Source: Promethearchaeia archaeon (GTDB taxonomy: Archaea > Asgardarchaeota > Lokiarchaeia > Sigyniarchaeales > SOKP01). Taken from it: DNA of 14,943 nt. A program made the position numbers and the translations under genes. The stretch is from positions 1 to 14,943 of the forward strand of contig JAWOFX010000020.1 in assembly GCA_046497275.1 (NCBI GenBank), written 5' to 3'. The notes beneath the pieces are model-generated. The model was given only the letters and a program-made list of their open reading frames with translations, ran no database searches and was not told the origin of the DNA. Positions 1 through 7,824 of this stretch are shown piece after piece; within the stretch, counting starts at the first letter, position 1; the number at the start of each line of letters is the position of its first letter.

Positions 1-80
1 AATTTGTTATGTTTTCTAAAGATAAGAAAAAAATTTTGCTATATAAAAATATTCTTAATTATCAAAAAGTGCTTTTAGGT

Positions 81-962
81 TCACAACTTTGAAGTTTTTT
101 TATGATTATTTCTATATTTTTCTAAATCTTCTTGAATTTCTTGCTCATTCATCCCAAAAGAGTTTAAAAGAATTTTTAATTGTTGAATAGCGTTTTTAGC
201 ATTGATTTTTTCAGCTAAATCTAAAGCTTTGAGGAATTGATTTTTCGCATCTTTAATTCTGCCAAGATAATACAAAGATTCCCCAATATAGGATAACCCT
301 TTTAATATTAACTCGGAATAATTAACATCAATCGCTTTATTAGTACCCTTTTGAAAAAAATTCAATGCCTTTTCAAACTTTTGCTCATGATTTTTTTCAA
401 TAATTCCGAGATTAAATAATGAAGTTATAATCCCTCTATCATCCTTTATTTTTTTAAAAGCCTTTAGAGATTTTTTATACAATTCAAAAACTACATCCCA
501 ATCTCCTTTTTTTTCATATATAAAAATTAAGTTTCCTAAACAATCTAAAAAATCATAAATTGCCTTATTTTCAGAAGACAGATCAGCACATTCAAAAAAA
601 ATATCAGCTGCTTCATCAAATCTATTCATTTTAATATAGGAATTACCAATACCTTTCAAGCTCATAATATATTCTTCAATCTGATTTAATTCCTTATAAA
701 TATCTAATCCTTTTTTATAAGTTTCTATAGATTGAGTGTAATTACCCTTCTTATAATTTAAAGTTCCCAAAATGCCAAAAATTGAAGCTTGACCTAATCT
801 ATCCTTTTGTTTTTCAAAATATTCCAGACAAGTTAACAAATTTTTTTCAGAATTCTCATATTGGCCGATTTCTAACTGTAATAAAGCAATATCACTCAAT
901 TCTTTAATATATTCTGAACCTTTTTCTAAATTTTGGAGATTATTTTTCTTAGTTTTTATCAT
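81..962 (-). CDS. Tetratricopeptide-repeat (TPR) protein
   Basis: 293-aa ORF with tandem TPR-like helical repeats (e.g. ASIFGILGTLNYKKGNYTQSIETYKKGLDIY, SLKGIGNSYIKMNRFDEAADIF, SLFNLGIIEKN, GLSYIGESLYYLGRIKDAKNQFLKALDL). The frame stays open upstream to 1022, so the start is uncertain. Confidence 0.85.
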   Translation of the reverse strand: MIKTKKNNLQNLEKGSEYIKELSDIALLQLEIGQYENSEKNLLTCLEYFEKQKDRLGQASIFGILGTLNYKKGNYTQSIETYKKGLDIYKELNQIEEYIMSLKGIGNSYIKMNRFDEAADIFFECADLSSENKAIYDFLDCLGNLIFIYEKKGDWDVVFELYKKSLKAFKKIKDDRGIITSLFNLGIIEKNHEQKFEKALNFFQKGTNKAIDVNYSELILKGLSYIGESLYYLGRIKDAKNQFLKALDLAEKINAKNAIQQLKILLNSFGMNEQEIQEDLEKYRNNHKKTSKL

Positions 963-1133
963 ATTTTCAAGATCATGCTTAGAAATTTCCTTATCATTAT
1001 GATCCTTAAAAGTTATGTATGATCATCTCCCTTACGAATTCTAAATTAATAAATGAAACAATTCTAAATTTATAATTTATATTATTAATTCTTAAAAAAT
1101 TGAAAATACAATTTATAGTTAGAGGTCATCAAA

Positions 1134-2246
1134 ATGAAAGTGAAAGCGCGATTATGGGAAAAAGTGGAAGATGAAAAAGTGAAATGTCATGTATGTGCAA
1201 ATGAATGTATAATTAATCCTGGAAAAGTTGGAATCTGTAGAACGAGGAAAAATATCGATGGTGATTTATATACTTTGATTTACGGTTCGATGATCTCCCA
1301 AGGAAGTTTAGATCCAATAGAGAAAAAACCTCTATATAATTTTTGGCCAGGACATACTGCCTATTCCATAGCTTCAATAGGATGCTCCTTTAGGTGTCTA
1401 AACTGTCAGAATTGGTCAATCAGTCAAGCAACCCCTTCAGAAAATGGAGACAAAGGCTCTTATGATTTTGAAGATTATAAAAATCGAGAAATGTCTCTCG
1501 TTGAAATGACACCAAAAGAACTTGTAAAAAAAGTGAAAAAAAGTGGAGCAAAAACATTAGCATACACTTACAATGAACCTTTAATCTGGCATGAATGGAT
1601 TATCGATACTGCGCGACTATTACATGAAGAAGATATTAAAACTATTTTAGTAACAAATGGATTCTCAACTCCAGAAGCTAGAGAGGAACTTATAGAAGTT
1701 GGGATAGGCGCAGCAAATGTTGATATCAAAGGAATGACCGACCAATTCTATAAAAAAATATGTGGAGTGAAATCAGTCCAGCCTGTATTGGACACAGCCA
1801 AAAAATTTAAAGAGGGAGGAATTCATGTTGAGGTTACAAATTTAATCATTCCAGATTTAAATGATGATGAAGAGGATATTAGAAGTCTTTGTGAATGGGT
1901 GGTTGAAAATTTGGGAAAAGATACACCAACTCATTTTTCTGCTTATCATCCCGATTATAAAATGCCCTCCCAAGACAGAACCCCACTTAAAACATTAAAT
2001 TTAGCATATAAGACTGCTAAAGAAAGTGGGTTAAATTTTCCCTATATTGGAAATTTAAGACATGAAAAAGGAGCAAACTCTTACTGTCCAAATTGCGGGC
2101 AATTAATCATAAAAAGAGATGGCTATAGATTCTCAGAAATCAACATTACAGAAGATAAGAAGTGCAGTAACTGTGGCTACAATTTAAAAAATGATATAAT
2201 AGGAGAAATTAATCGCAATCCGTCTCATAGATTTTCATTATATTAA
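1134..2246 (+). CDS. amrS: AmmeMemoRadiSam system radical SAM enzyme (PFL-activase-like)
   Basis: N-terminal CHVCANEC...GICRTRKN, DPIEKKPLYNFWPG, radical SAM CxxxCxxC (CSFRCLNC-QNWSISQ), YTYNEPLIWHE, C-terminal CPNC..CSNC. SD-like AGAGGTCAT precedes the ATG. Confidence 0.88.
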   Translation: MKVKARLWEKVEDEKVKCHVCANECIINPGKVGICRTRKNIDGDLYTLIYGSMISQGSLDPIEKKPLYNFWPGHTAYSIASIGCSFRCLNCQNWSISQATPSENGDKGSYDFEDYKNREMSLVEMTPKELVKKVKKSGAKTLAYTYNEPLIWHEWIIDTARLLHEEDIKTILVTNGFSTPEAREELIEVGIGAANVDIKGMTDQFYKKICGVKSVQPVLDTAKKFKEGGIHVEVTNLIIPDLNDDEEDIRSLCEWVVENLGKDTPTHFSAYHPDYKMPSQDRTPLKTLNLAYKTAKESGLNFPYIGNLRHEKGANSYCPNCGQLIIKRDGYRFSEINITEDKKCSNCGYNLKNDIIGEINRNPSHRFSLY

Positions 2247-2274
2247 AAAAAGGGAGAAAAAATAAAGATTTGAA

Positions 2275-2946
2275 TTAAATTAGAGAAACTCCAACGGCTA
2301 GAAGCAAAAAACTTTGAATGAAGCAAAGCACCGAAAGAATTATTGCTAATGGAGGCCAAGACACAAGTTTACTCAATGTCATCAAGCCACCAATATAAAA
2401 TTTAACAACTAAAGCTGCAATAGCGAAAATCACTATAAATAAGATTACAAGGAAAAGTCTTGGTTCGATAAATTCACCAATAAGATCAACAGCATATTGA
2501 GGTATCATTAGAGATACAAGTATAACCACTAGGGTGGCTGCGGCTAATCCGATTATTGACGAGATTGGGAGGTCATTTAATGGTTTTAAAAATGCGAATA
2601 ACCCAATAAGGATTAATAAAACTGCTGTAAAGATATTTCGACTGTATCCAATTGTGTTTCCATATGCTAAACTTGGAGGTTCATTAAGAATTAATTCAGC
2701 TACTCCCGACATCACTGCTAAAATCCCTACTACAAAACCTAAAGCGGTTAATATTTTTAGGGACAATGTAATTTTGAAATCCCAGTCCTCTGTTTTCCTT
2801 TTAGTAAAAGATTTTCTTCTTTTCCCTTCAAATACACCGTATACTATCCAAATAATTCCCAAGAGTAATAAAAATACTGCTCCAAGTCTCGCCATTGGAA
2901 TAAAAATAACATTGGTATAATCAATTTGAAAAAACATTTGAATCAC
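2275..2946 (-). CDS. Hypothetical multi-pass membrane protein
   Basis: 223-aa ORF (GTG start; alternative ATG at 2937) with about 6-7 long hydrophobic segments. No family motif recognised. Confidence 0.75.
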   Translation of the reverse strand: MIQMFFQIDYTNVIFIPMARLGAVFLLLLGIIWIVYGVFEGKRRKSFTKRKTEDWDFKITLSLKILTALGFVVGILAVMSGVAELILNEPPSLAYGNTIGYSRNIFTAVLLILIGLFAFLKPLNDLPISSIIGLAAATLVVILVSLMIPQYAVDLIGEFIEPRLFLVILFIVIFAIAALVVKFYIGGLMTLSKLVSWPPLAIILSVLCFIQSFLLLAVGVSLI

Positions 2947-3036
2947 ATATTTTTTTGATTACTATTATGACTAAATAAAATTATGAATTTATTATTTTAT
3001 TTGTAGTCCAATTTTTTTAAAAAATAAAAATGAGAA

Positions 3037-4722
3037 TTAAATAAATTCAACGGTTTTATTAACGTAATCCATATAATTCTGTATCTCTTCCTGTTTCTTA
3101 TTATTATCCCAAGAATATTCTTGGGCCATAATATTTGCAACTTTCTCTGCAGCCTCTAATTGTCTTTTGTGATCGATAAATAAACTCATTTCTGTTCTTC
3201 GACAAAAAACATCAATTATATGAGGAGTTATCTCATAACGGAGTGTATAGAGTATTTCTGCTTTTATAAAATCGTTTTGATCAATTATTTTCTCTTTTAA
3301 ATTGGGATTTTTTTTGATCATTTCAAGGATTTTGAGAGCACCGCGACCATATTGTATATAAAGATGATCTGCTATTTTATCATCAATATCAAGATTATAT
3401 TTATTCAATTTCTTTTCCCACTCATCCTTTTCAAGTCCTATCGCAAATTTTAGTTTTGAAAATCCTTCCTCGCGTCTAATATCTGGAAATATATTCTTAT
3501 TTTCTACTTCACTGAAGAGGTCTTCTGCCATCTTACGCCATGTTGTTAGTTTACCCCCAGCAATAGTTAACAATCCTTTTTCATTAAAAAAGATAATATG
3601 TTTTCTCGAAACATCGCTTTCGGATTTTCCCTTTTCTTTTACTAGAGGTCTGATCCCGGCATAAGTTTCTAAGAGATTATCTTCATAATCTAATTTTGCA
3701 TCAGGAAAATAATACTTGACTGATTTAATAAGATAATCAGCATCGTCTTTATTACAATAAGGATTTGTGAGATCATCATCATAATCTGTATCGGTAGTCC
3801 CAATAATTGTAAAATTCTCTCGAGGCAGAACAAAAAATGACCTTTGGTCTGTGATTGAGGTTATGATAGTTGCCATTTCATTTCCTACATCTTCACGTTT
3901 ATATGTTAGATGAACTCCCTTGGTAGGCCTTATTAACGGTTCTGGCACATCATCTGGATATTGATTTAATAATTCATCGCTCCAAATTCCAGTTGCATTG
4001 ACAACTAGAGTACCTTTTACTATAAATTCTTCTCCATTTTCTCTATCTATACATTTAACTCCAGAAATAGTTTCATTCTCCAAAATATAATCGATAACTT
4101 CACAATAATTAATAATATCAGCCCCCCTTATTACGGCTTCTTTTAAAGTCTCTATAGTTAAACGGGCATCATCCACATTGCAATCATAATAGACCGCTCC
4201 ACCTTTATTTCCTTCTTTTTTGATTTTTGGTTCTTTTTTTAATACTTCTTCTTTATCTAAAAGACTATGTTGTTTGTAATTTTTGAATTCCTCGCCTTTA
4301 TCGCTTAAGATATCATACATTTTTACTGCTGCCTTAATATCTCTCTTCTTGTATTTTCCATCTTCCCATTCAACAAACAAAAAGGGAATAGGTCTAATTA
4401 AATTAGGTATATGTGCTATCATCCAATTTCTCTCAGTTGTGGCCTCTTTAACGAGATCCATATCCCCTTGTCCTAAATAACGTATTCCACCATGAGCTAA
4501 TTTAGAGCTTCGTGAAGATGTTCCAGCGGCAAAATCCTGCATTTCTAATAAAGCCACCTTTAAACCTCTCATTGTCGCCTCACGTGCAACCCCTGCTCCA
4601 GTTATACCTCCGCCTATGATAATAACATCATATTTATTTTCTTTTAATCGATTTTTAATAGTCCCTCTGTTCTGTAAATTCCAGTTATTATCATCAAATA
4701 ATTTGTTTTCTAAGTCCTCCAT
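3037..4722 (-). CDS. glpD: FAD-dependent glycerol-3-phosphate dehydrogenase/oxidase (GlpD/GlpA family)
   Basis: DVIIIGGGITGAGVAREA FAD motif, DFAAGTSSRSSKLAHGGIRYL, VDDARL, VVNATGIWSD, RPTKGVHL, IIGTTD, YAGIRPL, SRKH, GGKLTTWRKMAE. Confidence 0.9.
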   Translation of the reverse strand: MEDLENKLFDDNNWNLQNRGTIKNRLKENKYDVIIIGGGITGAGVAREATMRGLKVALLEMQDFAAGTSSRSSKLAHGGIRYLGQGDMDLVKEATTERNWMIAHIPNLIRPIPFLFVEWEDGKYKKRDIKAAVKMYDILSDKGEEFKNYKQHSLLDKEEVLKKEPKIKKEGNKGGAVYYDCNVDDARLTIETLKEAVIRGADIINYCEVIDYILENETISGVKCIDRENGEEFIVKGTLVVNATGIWSDELLNQYPDDVPEPLIRPTKGVHLTYKREDVGNEMATIITSITDQRSFFVLPRENFTIIGTTDTDYDDDLTNPYCNKDDADYLIKSVKYYFPDAKLDYEDNLLETYAGIRPLVKEKGKSESDVSRKHIIFFNEKGLLTIAGGKLTTWRKMAEDLFSEVENKNIFPDIRREEGFSKLKFAIGLEKDEWEKKLNKYNLDIDDKIADHLYIQYGRGALKILEMIKKNPNLKEKIIDQNDFIKAEILYTLRYEITPHIIDVFCRRTEMSLFIDHKRQLEAAEKVANIMAQEYSWDNNKKQEEIQNYMDYVNKTVEFI

Positions 4723-4746
4723 AATTATCAGATTTTTAAATGTTTT

Positions 4747-4754
4747 TTATATAA
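4747..4754 (-). promoter_or_regulatory. Candidate archaeal TATA box for glpD
   Basis: TTATATAA lies 25 nt upstream of the glpD ATG (4722), a spacing compatible with a leaderless or short-leader archaeal transcript. The AT-rich background limits certainty. Confidence 0.4.
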
Positions 4755-4940
4755 TTAAGATTATTCTAATAAAATTTTAATACTTATGTTATATGATTAA
4801 GGGAAATTGGAATTAACATGACTAATATAAAACATACAATTTTCAATAAGGATGTCCAATTGAAACATGATTGTTTAAAAAAACCATCCTCATTTCAAAT
4901 TCGATTGATTAATTAGCTGAAAAATTTGATTTTAAAAAAA

Positions 4941-5918
4941 TTAGATACATGCTAATAATTTATCGAAAATCAGTGGGAGAGATAAAATATCATAATAATT
5001 ATGATCTATACATTCTTTTATGAGTCCGATATATTTTTTCTGATCCTTTAAATATTTGTTATAACACACACCCACTAAATTACTTGGCAATTCATTCTTT
5101 CTTTTCCAGTTTAATAATTCCTGCTCTATCGTCGTTAGAGTATAATCTGAAAATTGTCCTTTATATTTTCTTCGGCAGTTATGGTAAAGATCTATATGTC
5201 CGAATCTAGTGTTAAAGTCTTTATATGGAATAGCATTGTCAGAAATCATTGGATTTTCGTCAAAATAGTATAAAAATCTGTTAGCCAAATATGGAATATC
5301 AAAACTTTTTCCATTGTATGTTATAAAACACTTAAATCGCGGGAGAATTTTGGTTCTTAGCTGTTCACATAAAGCAATTTCCTCTTCTAAGCCTCTCGCA
5401 AATAATTGAACAATATGATAGGTTTTTCCTATATAATAGCCTAAGCCTACGATAATTATGGGGCTGTCATACAACCCTAATGTTTCAATATCAAAAAAAA
5501 GAAATTCGTTTTGATTAAAACAAAAAGATGTGTCTAAATCATAAACATATCTATTGTTTATAAGGGTTTGAAAATCTTTATTTTTTACTTGTTTAATTAC
5601 TTTAATGGCTCCCTGTCTAAATCTTAAATTAGATCTTAGGTCATATATCGTTTTAATCCCTCTTTTAATAAATTGCCTTTCAATTGCTTCTCCAATATTA
5701 TATACTGTTTTTAAGTTACATAACAAATTTATTTTAGAGGATTTTAAATTGAGATTTTGAGGGATATTTTCATCGCATTGCCATGAAATTTCCAAAAATT
5801 CCCCCAGACCATTCTCTATAACTTCTTGATTTTCAAATAAATCATCAAGTCTTTTTCCTTTATGTTTATCTATATGAGTGGTAATATCAAAACTTTCGAA
5901 GTTATAAGAGAACTCCAT
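4941..5918 (-). CDS. RNase H-like (YprB/RNase_H_2-type) DEDDh exonuclease with an N-terminal helix-hairpin-helix segment
   Basis: FFDIETLGL (ExoI), TYNGKSFDIPYL (ExoII), HIDLYH, HNYYDILSL (ExoIII). VYNIGEAIERQFIKRGIKTIYDL is HhH-like. Confidence 0.8.
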   Translation of the reverse strand: MEFSYNFESFDITTHIDKHKGKRLDDLFENQEVIENGLGEFLEISWQCDENIPQNLNLKSSKINLLCNLKTVYNIGEAIERQFIKRGIKTIYDLRSNLRFRQGAIKVIKQVKNKDFQTLINNRYVYDLDTSFCFNQNEFLFFDIETLGLYDSPIIIVGLGYYIGKTYHIVQLFARGLEEEIALCEQLRTKILPRFKCFITYNGKSFDIPYLANRFLYYFDENPMISDNAIPYKDFNTRFGHIDLYHNCRRKYKGQFSDYTLTTIEQELLNWKRKNELPSNLVGVCYNKYLKDQKKYIGLIKECIDHNYYDILSLPLIFDKLLACI

Positions 5919-6018
5919 TATATATCTTGTTGTAAACTATGCTATTTAAAATATCATTCTGTGATAATTTATAATGAAACAGTTTTTTAATTTTCCAGAA
6001 AGTAAAAATAAAAAGAGA

Positions 6019-7365
6019 TTATTCGAAAAACAAATCGATCTTAGGAACTTCATCTTTTAGGTGCCGTTTCGAAGGCTTAGTCTTGAAGAAGCGGCGGGAC
6101 TCGCTATCCTCCAGAACGTAATTGCTACCTCCACCGTGAATCATGCAATATGGGTCCAAAAGCCCGATCTGGTTAGAATATTGCCGAATAAATCCCCTCC
6201 CACCCATAGTTCGAAAACAATGTTCAGAGCTTTCAAACGCTAATTCTGTTGTTTGAATTTTAAGCCCCATTGTATTAGCTGCCATTAATTTAGAACTCAC
6301 TAATTCGGGTTTTCTATCTAAATTGCGAGCATATTGAAAAAGCGCAGAAATTAATAAATTTAATTGTCGTATATTTTCGGAAATTGGAAATCGTAAAACT
6401 TGGTATTGATGTAATCTTCTTCCAAATTGTTCTCTATGAGAAGCCCAAGTATGGGAATATAATATCTTTTTCATAGCGTCTCCTAAGGCTTCCGCACTTA
6501 TTACTAATCTTTCTTCTGTAAGTTGATGGAACATTATATCTATTCCATTCCCTTCTAAAAGATTTTCTATAGGAATTCTTGTCCTATCAAATATCAACCT
6601 ACTTACAAAAGCATCTCTCATTCCATAGGTATAAACTCTTGTTGCTCGAAAATCGTTCAATGAAAGATTCTTAGTTGGCACTACAACAGCCCCTAATTGT
6701 CCATTATTTAAACGACCATAGACAATAATATAATCTGCGATTAATCCGTTAGTAATAAATACCTTCTTACCTTTTATTACCACTGAATCATCTTCTTCCA
6801 TAAGACGAAGTTCCATGTTAAAGATATCACTTCCTGCATTGAATTCCGTCATTGCAGACGCTCCTATAGCTCCATCTCTATTTACAGGATATAAAAAATT
6901 GTCTCTTTGATAATTATTTGCTTTATAATTCACAGGATTACAATATAACGTCCCTCCTGCAAGTCTACCCATTTCTATGCTCCAATTTCCTGCAATATAT
7001 CGCTCAGAATAGTCTGACCATCTTCCCCCACACAATGCATATGCTATAAGACAATTCCTCATAATAGGACCTAGCTCATATTCCGGGTCTTCAGTGCCTA
7101 CAGTGCTGTAATATCCTTTCTTAGAGAGTTTTTTCATTATTCCAACAACGAGTTCTTTCTTTTTTTCTTCGATAGGTTCTTGTATATGATAATTTAATTC
7201 CTCAAGTTTTCTCAATTCCGCATCAAGATCATTTTCCAAAAATTCATAAAAATCTTCTAAAAATCTTTTTTCATTTTCTTCGAGTAAAGGATTATTCAAG
7301 ATATCAAGCTCAGGAACATATTTATTGATCCTTATAGGTTGGAATTCTGCTAATCTAGTATCCAT
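6019..7365 (-). CDS. Acyl-CoA dehydrogenase family protein
   Basis: AMTEFNAGSD, IKGKKVFITNG, LTEERL, REQFGRRLHQYQ, MGGRGF motifs. Confidence 0.88.
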   Translation of the reverse strand: MDTRLAEFQPIRINKYVPELDILNNPLLEENEKRFLEDFYEFLENDLDAELRKLEELNYHIQEPIEEKKKELVVGIMKKLSKKGYYSTVGTEDPEYELGPIMRNCLIAYALCGGRWSDYSERYIAGNWSIEMGRLAGGTLYCNPVNYKANNYQRDNFLYPVNRDGAIGASAMTEFNAGSDIFNMELRLMEEDDSVVIKGKKVFITNGLIADYIIVYGRLNNGQLGAVVVPTKNLSLNDFRATRVYTYGMRDAFVSRLIFDRTRIPIENLLEGNGIDIMFHQLTEERLVISAEALGDAMKKILYSHTWASHREQFGRRLHQYQVLRFPISENIRQLNLLISALFQYARNLDRKPELVSSKLMAANTMGLKIQTTELAFESSEHCFRTMGGRGFIRQYSNQIGLLDPYCMIHGGGSNYVLEDSESRRFFKTKPSKRHLKDEVPKIDLFFE

Positions 7366-7781
7366 TTTTGTTCTCTTAATTTTTTGTTATTATTAAATAA
7401 TTTTAATAAAATTAATATATAATAGATCTAAAAATCTCCAAAATAAAGGTTTTTTGCTCATATCCTAAAATTAATCTTGAAAAATATGAAAGAATAAGTC
7501 CGAAATAAGAAAAAAATAGGGAAAAAGAAAGTTAAGAAATTATTAACTTAGAAAAAATCAACTTTGCAATAGTCAAGAAAGCAATTAATAATACGAATTT
7601 TCAGATCATTACCTTTCAATTTTTTAATAATAACCTAATGGTTGCATTCTTGATAATCTTCATTATTAAATAAAAAAAATAGTCTGTACAAACAGAAAAT
7701 TATTGAGACAATGCAGTGCCATCGGAATCGAGACTCTTCGTGTTTTGTAGTAAATGAGAAAATAAAGAATTCTTAGTATTG

Positions 7782-7788
7782 TTATAAA
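7782..7788 (+). promoter_or_regulatory. Candidate TATA box for the tnpB-like gene
   Basis: TTATAAA ends 36 nt before the ATG at 7825. Weak evidence in an AT-rich context. Confidence 0.25.
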
Positions 7789-7824
7789 CAGAATCGCCCT
7801 CTGATCTGTCTCATAAACTAAATT

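Noticed and set aside
2534-2920. 128-aa plus-strand ORF
   Set aside because: Antisense shadow of the membrane-protein gene, with no recognisable motifs.
4283-4480. 65-aa plus-strand ORF
   Set aside because: Antisense inside glpD.
6061-6243. 60-aa plus-strand ORF
   Set aside because: Antisense inside the acyl-CoA dehydrogenase gene.
7390-7409. AT-only palindrome TTATTAAA-taat-TTTAATAA upstream of the acyl-CoA dehydrogenase
   Set aside because: A/T-only arms in an extremely AT-rich region, and it does not match the other palindromes.
7642-7824. Group I intron (IStron) at the left end, suggested by ATAGTCT (S-like, 7679-7685) and GAGACT (R-like, 7730-7735)
   Set aside because: The motifs are in the wrong order and there is too little sequence upstream to form P1-P8. 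An Infernal group I search would be the decisive test.
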